From: an uncultured Chlamydiae bacterium
GTDB taxonomy: Bacteria; Chlamydiota; Chlamydiia; Chlamydiales; SM23-39
DNA length: 64,000 bases
Reading direction: 5' to 3'
Assembly: GCA_963730605.1 (NCBI GenBank)
Contig: CAVSSM010000002.1
Span: 320,001-384,000 of the forward strand
Part shown: one piece after another, positions 1 to 10,611 of the stretch
How positions within the stretch are numbered: the first letter of the stretch is position 1
How the letters are laid out: every line of letters starts with the position of its first letter
The notes under the pieces: generated by a model
What the model was told of the DNA's origin: nothing
The model's input: only the letters and a program-made list of their open reading frames with translations
Databases searched by the model: none
Translations under genes and position numbers: made by a program

Positions 1-563
1 ACATGATTCAGATCCAATGGTCCTAAATTACATTCATAGTAATGTCCCCCAGAAGACATAGACCCACTGTGCCAAGCCCCTTCATCTACCACCAGTACCT
101 CCGATCCTTCAGACTTGGAGTTCCATGGAAAAAGGGCGCCGAACCAACCCCGTTCAGGATCCGCCCCGTTTGAGAACTGTTTTTGAGTCTTAGCGTAGCG
201 TTGAAAAAGGGTAACGACACCACTTCCCATTTCTTTACCCGGAGGCTCATTAGTGCACGAGTATTTCAAGGTAATATGAGGACGGTTCGCCCTCGCGATC
301 CCCCACATAGCAGACTTAGACAGGTGGTTTAGTTCAATTCTATCAATATAGCCAGTTCCACCTTCGAAGGCATCGTCCCATGGAAGGTAATTATCGCAAC
401 GGATCCCTTGTGTTTCTTTGAAAACCTCGAAAACTTTGAAAACCGTGGATTCGGGATCCACAGCCGATAGCAGCTCCCACAACTGATCGGTGGGGCATGT
501 GACAACTGTCCTCTCTATTGGATTAACACCACTTGGCGCTAAATTTGCGTTGATTTGAGACAT
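1..563 (-). CDS. Hypothetical protein, 3' end runs off the window (MSQINANLAPSG...GGTGYIDRI...TLFQRY...)
   Basis: Manual translation: ATG at 563 preceded by GGGAGA-like RBS; frame stays open to position 1; absent from the ORF track because it has no stop in the window. Confidence 0.7.
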   Translation of the reverse strand, partial: MSQINANLAPSGVNPIERTVVTCPTDQLWELLSAVDPESTVFKVFEVFKETQGIRCDNYLPWDDAFEGGTGYIDRIELNHLSKSAMWGIARANRPHITLKYSCTNEPPGKEMGSGVVTLFQRYAKTQKQFSNGADPERGWFGALFPWNSKSEGSEVLVVDEGAWHSGSMSSGGHYYECNLGPLDLNH

Positions 564-894
564 CGGCCTTTCTCCCTAAAATTGCGTGAGCAGTTTACAC
601 CGAAATCAAAAAGCAACCAACAAAAAAACGTTCGGCTGGCTTAAGGTGAAGAGTTGAAGAAGAACTCGTTTGCGAAAATGAAGTGAAATAAGAGCGGGTA
701 GCGATTCAAGAAGAGGCGGAATCCCACCCCTGCTCTTTACTTCTTTTTATTTTTAGCAGCTCTATTACCTTTTCGGATTGCTTCTTGTTCTTCAGTCGAA
801 GAGGCAATTTTTCCGTAGTTCGCCCAATAGAATTGGATGTTGATCAGTGCAGAATCATCGCCCGCCTTGGCTTTCTCTGCAACGGCAGTCCAAT

Positions 895-2920
895 GGCTAT
901 TCAAAATGGATTCTTGTTCTTCATCGGAAACGATAATGGTCCATTGGCTCCACCTGGAGGTATCCATAGATTTCTTATCCCTCCAATTATTTTGAAGAGT
1001 CGTCAGGGCAGTTGTATCGCCTTGTACAGCCTTCTGCTTAATTTCTTTAAATTTAGGAAGGGCTGCACAATTATACGAATCTATGAGGGAGGCTTTATCT
1101 GCGTCTGAGATAGAGACGGTTTTAGCATCCCAAATGTCTTGAAGTTTTTCGATCGCGTCCCGATTTCCTTTTTTTCCAGCCTGTACCGTGTAATATTTAT
1201 ACAAAATGGATTCTTGTTCTTCATCGGAAACGATAATGGTCCATTGGCTCCACCTGGAGGTATACATAGATTTCTTATCCCTCCAATTATTTTGAAGAGT
1301 CGTCAGGGCAGTTGTATCGCCTTGTACAGCCTTCTGCTTAATTTCTTTAAATTTAGGAAGGGCTGCACAATTATACGAATCTATGAGGGAGGCTTTATCT
1401 GCGTCTGAGATAGAGACGGTTTTATACCGCTCGTGATTCAAAATTTTGATGCGTGAAAATTTCCCTTGACTGCACAATGGCTGCGTGAATTTTTTAACCG
1501 ACTCAGAACGACAGGAACTCAAACTCCGGCACCGGGGGGACCGCGATGGGCGGGTGCGTGATCGAATAAAGGCTGTTCTCCTCTATGATGAGGGGTGGGC
1601 TCCCAAAGACATTGCCAGGGTTCTGTTGATTTCTGACGAAGCAGTTCGTCACCATGTTGACGCATACAAAACGTCGAAAAAATTGCGCCCCGAAAGCGGC
1701 GGCTCCGAGGAGAAACTATCCCAAACGCAGTCCGAGCAACTTGAGGCTCATCTTCAAGAACACACGTACCTTTACGTCAAGGATATCGTCGCATATGTAG
1801 AAGTGACTTTCGGTATTGTCTATACCGTCCACGGATTGAGGGATTGGCTGCGAAGACACGGATTTTCCTACAAAAAACCCGCCGTTGTACCCGGGAAAGC
1901 CAACAAAGAGCAGCAACAAAAGTGGCTCGCCGGATACGAGAAACTCAAGGCAGAACTCCTCGAGGATGAGACTATCTGCTTTATTGACGGCGTTCATCCA
2001 ACGCACAATGTGCAGCCTGCTTATGGGTGGATCAAAAAAGGCGTGCGTAAAGAGATCCCAGCAAACACAGGACGTGCCAGGCTCAATCTTTCAGGGAGCA
2101 TCGATGTCATCACCCACAGTGTGGTAATCCAAGAAGACGAGACTTTAAACGCAGAATCGATAATCCGGTTTTTCCAAAAGATCGAAGAATTTTACCCGAG
2201 TAAACGAAAGATCCATGTATTTTGCGATAATGCACCGTACTATCGGAATAGGGCTGTGAGGCAGTACCTAGAAACGGCAAAAGTTTGTTTGCACTTTTTA
2301 CCGCCCTATAGCCCCAATCTAAACCCGATAGAACGACTGTGGAAATGGATGAAGGAGCGGGTAGTTTACAATACTTATTACGAGTACTTTGAAGACTTTA
2401 GAGGAGCGATTCTTGGTTTTTTCGCTGTATTGGCGACTGTGACCGCGGAGTCAACTTTAGGCCGGGATTTAAGAAGCCGGGTTAGGGATAAATTTAGTCC
2501 CTTTCAGGCACCTGCTGCCAAGTTTTGAATTTCCTTGGGTATAGCATCCCAAATGTCTTGAAGTTTTTCGATCGCGTCCCGATTTCCTTTTTTTCCAGCC
2601 TGTACCGTGTAATATTTATACAAAATGGATTCTTGTTCTTCATCGGAAACGATAATGGTCCATTGGCCCCACCTGGAGGTATACATAGATTTCTTATCCC
2701 TCCAATTATTTTGAAGAGTCGTCAGGGCAGTTGTATCGCCTTGTGCGGCCTTCTGCTTGAGTTCGTTAAATCTAGGAAGGGCTGCAGAGTTATACGAGTC
2801 TATGATAAGGGCTTTATCTGCGTCTGAGATAGAGACGGTTTTAGCATCCCAAATGGATTGAAGTTTTTCGATCGCGTCCCGATTTCCTTTTCCAGCCTTT
2901 ACCTTGTAAAATTTATACAA
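895..2920. repeat. Three near-identical 300-bp (100-aa) tandem repeats, with the IS630 inserted within the array
   Basis: CAAAATGGATTCTTGTTCTTCATCGGAAACG recurs at ~902, ~1202 and ~2621 (period 300 after removing the IS). Confidence 0.9.
1425..2541 (+). mobile_element. IS630-family insertion sequence, 1117 bp, transposase 1485-2528
   Basis: HTH + DDE motifs (FIDGVH, CDNAPY, LPPYSPNLNPIERLW); imperfect TIRs TACCGCTCGTGATTCAAAA / TACCCAAGGAAATTCAAAA; TA duplicated at 1423-1424 and 2542-2543. Confidence 0.97.
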
Positions 2921-5053
2921 TAGGGAGTGCTGTTCTTCTGCGGAAAGAAGAATGGTCCACTCATCGGAACCTAAATAGGTGTCTGGATCTTTCCATTTCT
3001 CTTTAAGAGTTGTCAGAGCCCCCTCATCGTCGCTTTCCGCTTTCTGCTTGAGTTCTTTATAATTCGGAAGGACGGCAGAATTATAAGAATCTCGGATGGA
3101 GGTTTGATCTTCTGGTGAGACAGAAACGGCTTTCTGCACCCAACAGTCTTCAAGTGCTATGATCGCCTCCCGAATTCCTTTTCCAGCCTGTTCCTTCAGT
3201 TCTTGATACTTCCTAGAAAGCGCTGCGTTATATTCGTTTTCGATGGAGGTTTTTTCTTGCTCCGAGCAAGGATATTTCCCAGCCTTCCAATCGTCCCGTA
3301 CGCTCCTCATTGCGCTCCAATCTCCTTCCTCTCGAGCCTCCTTTTTCCAACTTTCGTGAGCTTTGGCACGATCGAAAGCACGTTGAATCGAGTCTTTTTC
3401 TTTTTCTGAAGATTCAATGGTCCCATCCTTCCATTTCTCTTCAAGCAAATCCTTGGCCTTATCATCCCCGCCTGAGGCTTTTTGCACGAGCTCATTAAAA
3501 TCGAGTCCAAGCAATTTCTGAACGCTGGCTGAGTTATAAGCTTTTCTGACAGATGCTTGGTCTTCATTTGAGATTGAAATGCAGGGGGCCTCCCTAGTCA
3601 TCCCTCCCATGTTTTTGCAAAACCACCAAATGCGTTTAAGAGAATCTAGAGCGGTCGTTTCTCCATTCATGGTTTTTTGCTTCAGATCTGCATAAAGGTT
3701 AGCGAATGCTTTATCAGATTTATCTAGGATGTCGGCTTGTTCCTGCTCAGAAGGAATTGGAGTGATGTATTTTCGCAACCAAATATCGTCAAGAGCAAGT
3801 CGAGCTTTGAAATCTCCACTAAGGGCCTTTTGTTTGCATTCTTCATAATGGTGCTTGTAATACATCGCTAAGAGCATCATTGGTGCGCCACTCCCAACTC
3901 TGGTCTTGCTCTCATACCAAGCAGAATCTAAAAGAATCATAGCTTCCGAATCGCCCTTTTCGACTTTTTTCTGGAGGGCATTGTAATAAGCATCTCTAAT
4001 GATCCACCGCTGATTGTTGTTCTCTGGATCATTCGACCCATCGTTTTTCCATTTGATTTCAAGCCAATCCTTAGTCTTGGAATCGCCCTTCTTGGTTCTT
4101 TCAATAGCTGCCGACAAAAATGCAGTTCTAATTGGATCTTTCTCTTTGAATAAATCAGAAATTCCTTGCTCATTCCATTTAGATTCAAGGGTGTCCTTGG
4201 CTACCGGATCACCATCTATGGCGCTCTGCTTTAATTCTCTATATTCTGGAATGTGTACAGAGTAATAGGCTTCTCTTATAGCGGCTTGGTTATTTTCTGA
4301 AGCAGTGCCTCGATACCAACAGACCTCAAGAGCATCCATTATTTTTGAATTGCCTCCAGAAGCCAGCCACTTCATATCATCATATTCGTCAGGGAACACC
4401 CAGTTGTAAGCCTTTTCAATGGATGCTTTTTCGTCTGCTGAAGCAGAGACCATATTTTCGTCCCAATTGACTTGAACCATCGCCTTGGCATAGCAATCGC
4501 CTTTCATCGCATCCTGTACCAGTCCCTTGTATTCCGAGAGGATTGAAGACTCTGGCGCTGGCGACGGAGTTGGCACTGGGGCTGGCGATGTTGATGTTGG
4601 TGTAGGTATTGGGGCCGGAGAGTTTGGCGTTGGGGTCGGTGTTGGAATTGGTGTTGGGGTCTGAGCCTTTGGCGTTGGCGTTGGCGTCGGTGTTGGGGTT
4701 GGGGTTGGCGTCTGAGCCTTTGGCGTCGGGGTTGGCGTCGGTGTTGGGGTTGGGGTTGGGGTTGGCGTCGAGCCTTGGCGTCGGGGTTGGAGTTGGTTCA
4801 GGAGACTTGGGCGTTGGTTTTGGCGTCGGACCTGGATTTGGAACTGGAGTCGAAGAAGAGAAAATGGCGGGGCCCGCGAAGTAGATCGCCGCTAACCCAG
4901 CAATCGTAAGGGCTGTGTAGGCAACCGGTTTGACCCAGGTGGGAAGACGTTTCGCTTTGGGAGAAAGAGCATCGACCTTTTCTTGCCGCTGTGCATTGTA
5001 GTTACTTGAACCTAGATTAAAAGGGGTGTTTGTTACAGGCATCGATGTTCTCC

Positions 5054-6961
5054 TTAAATCGTGTTATTATATTTTGCTATTAACTCTTGATATTTTTCAT
5101 TAGCTCTATTGATCGATTTCTCTAGCTTGTTATAGACCTGCTCCACAAAGCAGTCTTTTTCAGTATTTGTAGAATGGTGTGATCCATCACGGAAGTAGCC
5201 GCGCATCTCGATCTCACCTGGTTCAGCCAGAGTGTCTAAAGGATCAAGGGAGCCATCCGCCCACTTTTCAAAAAGGGTCGTTTTAGCCGCTTCATCCCCC
5301 TTCAACGCTTTCTCTTGTATTTCAAAATAATTTGGATCGCGGGCTACGTTATAAGCCATTTTGAGAGCGTTTTGCTCGGCTTGATAAAACGAAGGCTCGA
5401 GTTGGCGCGAAATCGAAATGGAGGAACATAAGTTACCGTCCCAACATAGATTCTGACACGCCCACCATATACGTTTAATTGCATCTAAAGCGTTTGAATC
5501 TCCTAGGATCACTTTTTGTTTGAGATTTTCATATAGTTTTGAGAAAGCTGTTTCAAAAGCGGTTCTAATCGAGGTTTGTTCTTCTTTTGGAGTTGCTTTT
5601 CTCCCATCGCCTCGCCAATACGAGTGAATCCCAATCATCGCCAGCAAATCGCCGTCATTCATGGCTAACTTCTTACTTTCTTCGAGATCGAACTTGTAGT
5701 AGCCAGCTAATAGTTGGTCTGCAGTACTCAGATAGTAATCAGTCTTCCCCTCAAACCATCCGGAGACTAGGATATTCTTCGCTTCCTCATCTCCTTGCTC
5801 CATCTTCCATGCCATCTCTTTATAATATTCTTCAGTCCGTACCGGTTTAGGCGTTGGCTTCGGTGTCGGGGTTGCTTTAGGTGTTAGGGTTGGTTGAGGC
5901 GCTGGCGTTAGGGTCGGAGTAGGAGTTGGTGTTGGTGTTGGTGCTGGAGACTTTGGCGTTGGCGTCGGAGTAGGTGTTGGTGCTGGAGACTTTGGCGTTG
6001 GGGTTGGTGTAGGAGTTGGGGTTGGTGCTGGAGACTTTGGTGTTGGTGTCGGTGTTGGCGATGGTTTGGTTGCTTGATTGGCTGTCCCGGTCGGTTGAGA
6101 GGTTGCAGAGCCGCTTGCCTGACTGCCAGTTGCGCTGGATTGAGAAGTGCTGGTCTGGCTTTGCTTTTCTGGCTCTGCCTGCATCTGCTTATTGATTTCT
6201 TCGATAGTCGGCTGGAGACATTCTGTCAGATTTTGATATATCTCTCTAGTGGTGGGAGAAAATAAGCTCATTCCTTCTTCTGAAAATGGGGAGTGTGAGT
6301 AGGGGATTCCTACTGGGAAGTAGCCGTTTCCTACTGGGTCTGGGTCATTAGCGTATTGTTTGATGTGAATGACCGTACCAACCCAGCTCCAGCCAACAAT
6401 CCTTTTTTCTTTGAGCAGTTTGTCCACTGCAGAATATATCAATATTTGGGTGTCAGCCTCGTTTAAGGTGATAGGGGCGTTCCTTATTGTGAAGAAGCCT
6501 TTATAGCTAAAAGCGACTTCATTTAAATATTTCCCTTTGAGTAAGAACTCTGCCATAGACTCTACGGCTTCGTCAGACGTGATTTCGGCAAAGGGCTGGG
6601 TGGTTGCAGGCGTCGGGGTAGGAGTTGGTGTTGGCGTCGGGGTAGGGGTCTCTGGGCTGCCGTTTCCCCCCGTTTCTTGATTGCCTGTCCCTGGAGGTGT
6701 CCCCGGTGGCGAGCCTGGAGGCCCACCTGGCGTCCGACCTGGGTTTGGAACTGGATTCGGAGAAGAGGAAATGGCTGAGCCTACGAAGTAGATTGCCGCT
6801 AATGCAGCAACCGTTAGGGCGGCATAGGCAGCCGGTTTGACCCACGTCGGAAGAGGTTTTGATTTTGCTTTGGGAGAAAGAGCGTCGACTTTTTTTCCCT
6901 GATTTACATTGTAGTTACTTGATGCTAAATTAACAGGGATATTTGTTATAGGCTTAGTCAT
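5054..6961 (-). CDS. Intact paralog: membrane-anchored protein with two Pro/Thr stalks and helical repeat domain
   Basis: N-terminus very similar to the 5042 gene ([27 protein letters not shown]); PT linkers; shared AIKRIWW/SLKRIWW-type segment; likely ATG at 6961. Confidence 0.85.
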   Translation of the reverse strand: MTKPITNIPVNLASSNYNVNQGKKVDALSPKAKSKPLPTWVKPAAYAALTVAALAAIYFVGSAISSSPNPVPNPGRTPGGPPGSPPGTPPGTGNQETGGNGSPETPTPTPTPTPTPTPATTQPFAEITSDEAVESMAEFLLKGKYLNEVAFSYKGFFTIRNAPITLNEADTQILIYSAVDKLLKEKRIVGWSWVGTVIHIKQYANDPDPVGNGYFPVGIPYSHSPFSEEGMSLFSPTTREIYQNLTECLQPTIEEINKQMQAEPEKQSQTSTSQSSATGSQASGSATSQPTGTANQATKPSPTPTPTPKSPAPTPTPTPTPTPKSPAPTPTPTPTPKSPAPTPTPTPTPTLTPAPQPTLTPKATPTPKPTPKPVRTEEYYKEMAWKMEQGDEEAKNILVSGWFEGKTDYYLSTADQLLAGYYKFDLEESKKLAMNDGDLLAMIGIHSYWRGDGRKATPKEEQTSIRTAFETAFSKLYENLKQKVILGDSNALDAIKRIWWACQNLCWDGNLCSSISISRQLEPSFYQAEQNALKMAYNVARDPNYFEIQEKALKGDEAAKTTLFEKWADGSLDPLDTLAEPGEIEMRGYFRDGSHHSTNTEKDCFVEQVYNKLEKSINRANEKYQELIAKYNNTI

Positions 6962-7063
6962 CGGATTTCCCCTTAAATTCTGCAAGTATTTTATCTCAAA
7001 GACTTAAAAAAGTCAATAATAAACACCGCCCACTAAGGACGCCCTTAACATAAAATTTTTAGT

Positions 7064-7170
7064 TTACGGCTGGTTGGGGAAGGCGGGGGGGTGGGCTCGA
7101 TATTGCGGTGATAAGCCCCTTTGCTGTGGCGGGCCTGCATATCGTCCTTCAGGATTTTGATCCCCTTTTC
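7064..7170 (-). repeat. Diverged duplicate of the last ~110 bp of amn (8127-8240)
   Basis: GGGGAAGGCGGGGG...GCTCGATATTGCGGTGATA...GGGCCTGCATATCG...CCTTCAGGATTTTGATCCCCTT present at both loci. Confidence 0.9.
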
Positions 7171-7627
7171 AAAGGTCGGTCGGGTACTTTTTGCAGTACT
7201 TCTTCACGTATTGAACGCTTTCAAGAATAATTGGCGTCCATTCCATGACTTGTTCGTAAATTTTGCCCAGTTTCGTTGGAAGATATTCGTGAGCGATTTC
7301 GTTTCGTAGATCGCGAATCTCCACAAAAATCTTGGCCGATGAGACGAGTCCTTTTTTTTCAGCGCGGTTAATCCGGTCTCGCACCGTGCCGGGAAGATCG
7401 AGATCAAATGTTTCAATGAGGCGAAAGATTTTCTGAATCAAGACATCGCTTAAGCGGGCAAAGCGGCTTGTCAAACCTTCAAAGTGATCCAATTCTTCTA
7501 GGGTATATTTTTCTTTGCTCCCAATTTTTTGACAGAGTTGATAGGAACGGGCCAATGTTTTTGCCGCTTCATCCAAAAGCGCTAGTTCTTTTTTTAAGAG
7601 ATCGCGTTCAGTCTGTTTCATGAGCAT
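7169..7627 (-). CDS. HEPN-domain toxin (nucleotidyltransferase substrate-binding / DUF86-like)
   Basis: Rx4H motif RNEIAH in an all-helical 152-aa protein, downstream of an MNT. Confidence 0.8.
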   Translation of the reverse strand: MLMKQTERDLLKKELALLDEAAKTLARSYQLCQKIGSKEKYTLEELDHFEGLTSRFARLSDVLIQKIFRLIETFDLDLPGTVRDRINRAEKKGLVSSAKIFVEIRDLRNEIAHEYLPTKLGKIYEQVMEWTPIILESVQYVKKYCKKYPTDL

Positions 7628-7628
7628 A

Positions 7629-7787
7629 TCCCACTATTAGGGTTTTAAATGTTTTTAGAGATTTTTGAGCAGATTTTGAACGCCCGCAAGGGTTTCTACT
7701 TTGAGGCCAGTGTGAAAACACACAGCCGAAAAGAGGCGTTCGAAATATGCCAAAAAGATCAAAAACAGGAAAATTCGAATAGTGGGA
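7629..7787. mobile_element. MITE, ~159 bp, between the MNT and HEPN genes
   Basis: Perfect 10-bp TIR TCCCACTATT/AATAGTGGGA, imperfectly extended inward, TA on both flanks, no coding capacity. Confidence 0.75.
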
Positions 7788-7792
7788 TAGGC

Positions 7793-8074
7793 TCATAATG
7801 GAATGCCCTTCACTAAAGCGATTTTTACAAATGGATCCATATCGTTTTTGGCGATTACGAGATCGATTTTTTGCTCCTCAATTTTTTCAAAAAGCGCCGT
7901 TCTGATCGAGCGGGCATCTTCCTGAACCAGCCGCTTGGATAGGATGAGGAGGTCAATATCCCCTCCTTTCGCATCGTCATTAATCCGAGAGCCAAAAAGA
8001 TAAATCTTGGCATCTGGATCGCGAGCCAAAATAACCGATTTAATGATATGAACTTCTTCTGAAGTGAGCCGCAT
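7793..8074 (-). CDS. Minimal nucleotidyltransferase (MNT) antitoxin
   Basis: YLFGSR...GGDIDL motif, 93 aa. Confidence 0.88.
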   Translation of the reverse strand: MRLTSEEVHIIKSVILARDPDAKIYLFGSRINDDAKGGDIDLLILSKRLVQEDARSIRTALFEKIEEQKIDLVIAKNDMDPFVKIALVKGIPL

Positions 8075-8126
8075 CCATCGTACATTCTAAGACCACACCG
8101 CGATTCTTAGCAATCGCAGATCGGGC

Positions 8127-8954
8127 TTATGGCTGGCTGGGGAAGGCGGGGGCGGGGGGCTCGATATTGCGGTGATAGGCCCCTTTGACGTGGTGGGCCT
8201 GCATATCGCGGGCGACCTTCAGGATTTTGATCCCCTTCTCGATATGGTCGGACATGTAGTTGTCATAAACGAACTGGGAGCTTTGCTTTGTCTTCAAACC
8301 CCCATTGGCCAAGGGAAGATCGGAGACGAGAAGGAGCGCCCCGAGTGTAAATTTTCTTTTATAGCTCGCGGCAAAGAGGGTCGCGCACTCCATTTCGATC
8401 CCTTGCGCTTTGGTGATCTTCAACCGGTTCTTGAACTCTTCGTTGAATTCCCAAAACCTCATGTTGGTCGTGTAGGTGATGCCGACATGATAGACCGACT
8501 TTTCCAGATCCATGACCCGAGTCACGGCCCGCTGCATCAAAAAATTGGCCAAAGCCGGCACCTCGATCGGAAAGTAGAAATCGGAGGTTCCTTCGCCCCG
8601 GATCGCAGCTACGGGAACGAAGTAATCGCCCACTTGATAGCGGCGCCTTAAGCCGCCGCACATCCCTAAAAGAAGGCTTGCCCGGATGGGAAGAAACGAG
8701 CAGACATCGACAACCAGGGCCGCCGCAGGGGAGCCGATCTTGAAATCGAGGATGCTCACCTCGTCTTTCGGGCTATGGGCGACTTTGAACATCGACCCTT
8801 CGCAGATGGGGACGTTCCTCGTCTTGGCGAAGTGCTCCACGTACCGGGGAAAGTTCGTTAAAATCAAATTCGGGAAAAATTGGGCCGCCTCGCAGCCCGA
8901 GTACCGCTCGAGGGTCTGGCGGGCGATCTCCGCCTCTTGGGGATTCGTCTCCAT
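8127..8954 (-). CDS. amn: AMP nucleosidase
   Basis: LILTNF, IGSPAAAL, GMCGGL, RGEGTS, IEMECATLF motifs of the short AMP nucleosidase/PNP_UDP family. Confidence 0.92.
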   Translation of the reverse strand: METNPQEAEIARQTLERYSGCEAAQFFPNLILTNFPRYVEHFAKTRNVPICEGSMFKVAHSPKDEVSILDFKIGSPAAALVVDVCSFLPIRASLLLGMCGGLRRRYQVGDYFVPVAAIRGEGTSDFYFPIEVPALANFLMQRAVTRVMDLEKSVYHVGITYTTNMRFWEFNEEFKNRLKITKAQGIEMECATLFAASYKRKFTLGALLLVSDLPLANGGLKTKQSSQFVYDNYMSDHIEKGIKILKVARDMQAHHVKGAYHRNIEPPAPAFPSQP

Positions 8955-9053
8955 AGTCCCGATTATAGACGAAGCCCTTTTATTGAGATAGCCGTAGATT
9001 CTTGCTTTGAAAGCTCTCGTACCCCATAATGAGATCTTTATTAAAGGATCTCC

Positions 9054-9623
9054 ATGTCAACACTTAGCACCAACGAAATCCGCGTCGGCATGAAAGTCGA
9101 GGTGGATAAGGAACCTTGGCTCATCATTTCCAACGAATTCGTAAAACCCGGCAAAGGCAACGCGTTCAACCGGATCAAAATGAAAAATATGGTCACCGGC
9201 CGCGTCGTCGAACGGACCTATAAGTCGGGCGATAAGCTCGATGTCGCCGACATCGAAGAGGCCCAGATGCGCTTCCTCTACAAAGAAGCCGACGGGGCCG
9301 TTTTCATGGACGACAAGACCTTCGACCAGATCACTATCCCTAATGAAATCATCGGCAATAACGCCCATTGGCTAATGGAAGAATTGATCTACCAGGTCGT
9401 CTTCTACAAGGGCACCGTCATCGAGCTGCTCCCGCCGACCTTCATGGAGATGAAGATCGTCGAAACGTCGCCGGGAGTGCGAGGAGATACCTCTGGCCGG
9501 GTCCTCAAACCCGCAACGACCGAAACGGGCGCCAAGATCCAAGTGCCGATCTTTGTCGAAGAGGGGGAAAAAGTGAAAGTCGACACCCGCACCGGCGAGT
9601 ATGTTTCCAGAGCAAACGATTGA
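9054..9623 (+). CDS. efp: Elongation factor P
   Basis: VKPGKG loop (Lys acceptor), PGVRGDT, KVDTRTGEY. Confidence 0.97.
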   Translation: MSTLSTNEIRVGMKVEVDKEPWLIISNEFVKPGKGNAFNRIKMKNMVTGRVVERTYKSGDKLDVADIEEAQMRFLYKEADGAVFMDDKTFDQITIPNEIIGNNAHWLMEELIYQVVFYKGTVIELLPPTFMEMKIVETSPGVRGDTSGRVLKPATTETGAKIQVPIFVEEGEKVKVDTRTGEYVSRAND

Positions 9624-9645
9624 GGCCCTAACTCGATATTGTACA

Positions 9646-10566
9646 ATGTCGAGTTTAATCGACCGGGCGCTCATGCTGAAAGCAGCCCGGGCCTTCTTTG
9701 AGGAGCGGGGGGTTCTCGAAGTAGACTGCTGCGCTCTCGGGCCCCGCGCTGCGATCAACTCCAACATCGACGTCATCTCTGCAACCGTATCCGAAACTGA
9801 GACCGGATTTCTTCATACCTCACCCGAGTACGCCATGAAACGGCTCCTTGCCGGCGGATCGGGAGATATTTATTACCTCGGGCATGTCTTTCGAAAAGGG
9901 GATATTGGCCGTCTTCACAACCCTGAATTTGCGATGGCCGAATGGTACCGCCTCGGGATCCCTTTTTCCGAAATGATCGAAGAGACTTGCGATTTTCTCT
10001 CCCTTTTTTTTGGCCCCCTTCCCGTCCGTCACGTCAGCTACCGGGAAGCGTTCGAGCGATATGCCGGCATCGACTATACGGCAGCCCCCCTCTCTCTGAT
10101 AAGAGTTGCGGCCGGCAAAGCGGGCGCCACTGGTTCGGACCATTGGAGCCGGGACGTTTGCCTCCACTTTCTCCTTACGCACGCGATCGAGCCTCACCTA
10201 GGACTTGGAGAGCTGACCGTTTTCACCGACTATCCTCCCCATGAGGCGGCGCTTGCCCAAGTTGTCGTAAAAAAGGGGGAAAAAGTCGCAGAGCGGTTCG
10301 AGATCTACCATGAAAGCGTGGAGCTGGCCAACGGCTACCATGAACTTGCCGACTCTTCTGAGCTCAGGCGCCGCTTCGAAGAAGAAAACGGGATCCGCAG
10401 ATCGCAAAACAAGGAGACCTATCTTCTCGACGAGCCGTTCCTCAAAGCGATGGGCAGGGGATTTCCCGAGTGCTGCGGCGTCTCGGTCGGATTCGACCGG
10501 ACCCTCATGCTTCGCCGCAAGGCAAAATCGCTCTCCGATGTGCTCCCCTTTGCTTGGAGGCAATAA
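9646..10566 (+). CDS. epmA: EF-P lysine aminoacylase (class II LysRS paralog)
   Basis: LHTSPEYAMKRLLA, HNPEF, ERFE..ELANGYHEL, GVSVGFDR; directly downstream of efp. Confidence 0.95.
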   Translation: MSSLIDRALMLKAARAFFEERGVLEVDCCALGPRAAINSNIDVISATVSETETGFLHTSPEYAMKRLLAGGSGDIYYLGHVFRKGDIGRLHNPEFAMAEWYRLGIPFSEMIEETCDFLSLFFGPLPVRHVSYREAFERYAGIDYTAAPLSLIRVAAGKAGATGSDHWSRDVCLHFLLTHAIEPHLGLGELTVFTDYPPHEAALAQVVVKKGEKVAERFEIYHESVELANGYHELADSSELRRRFEEENGIRRSQNKETYLLDEPFLKAMGRGFPECCGVSVGFDRTLMLRRKAKSLSDVLPFAWRQ

Positions 10567-10611
10567 TCCTTTGAAAACATTTATGGTCCGGTACTAGCAT
10601 GCAATTAAAGC

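Larger units (their letters stand above)
737..5042 (-). pseudogene. Membrane-anchored Pro/Thr-stalk helical-repeat protein (~1060 aa when rebuilt), broken by a frameshift near 4770 and an IS630 insertion
   Basis: ORFs 4416-5042, 2504-4576 and 737-1424 join into one gene: leader + TM helix + PT repeats + repeated KAxxGDxxAxxxLxxxW units; sequence on both sides of the IS rejoins at one TA. Confidence 0.85.

Noticed and set aside
1425..1522. Start of an independent 261-aa gene (737-1522)
   Set aside because: Its first ~33 codons are the antisense IS630 end; the rest is the severed C-terminus of the upstream gene.
4416..4770. DANPNPN repeat protein resembling circumsporozoite repeats
   Set aside because: It is the off-frame reading of the Pro-Thr stalk after the frameshift.
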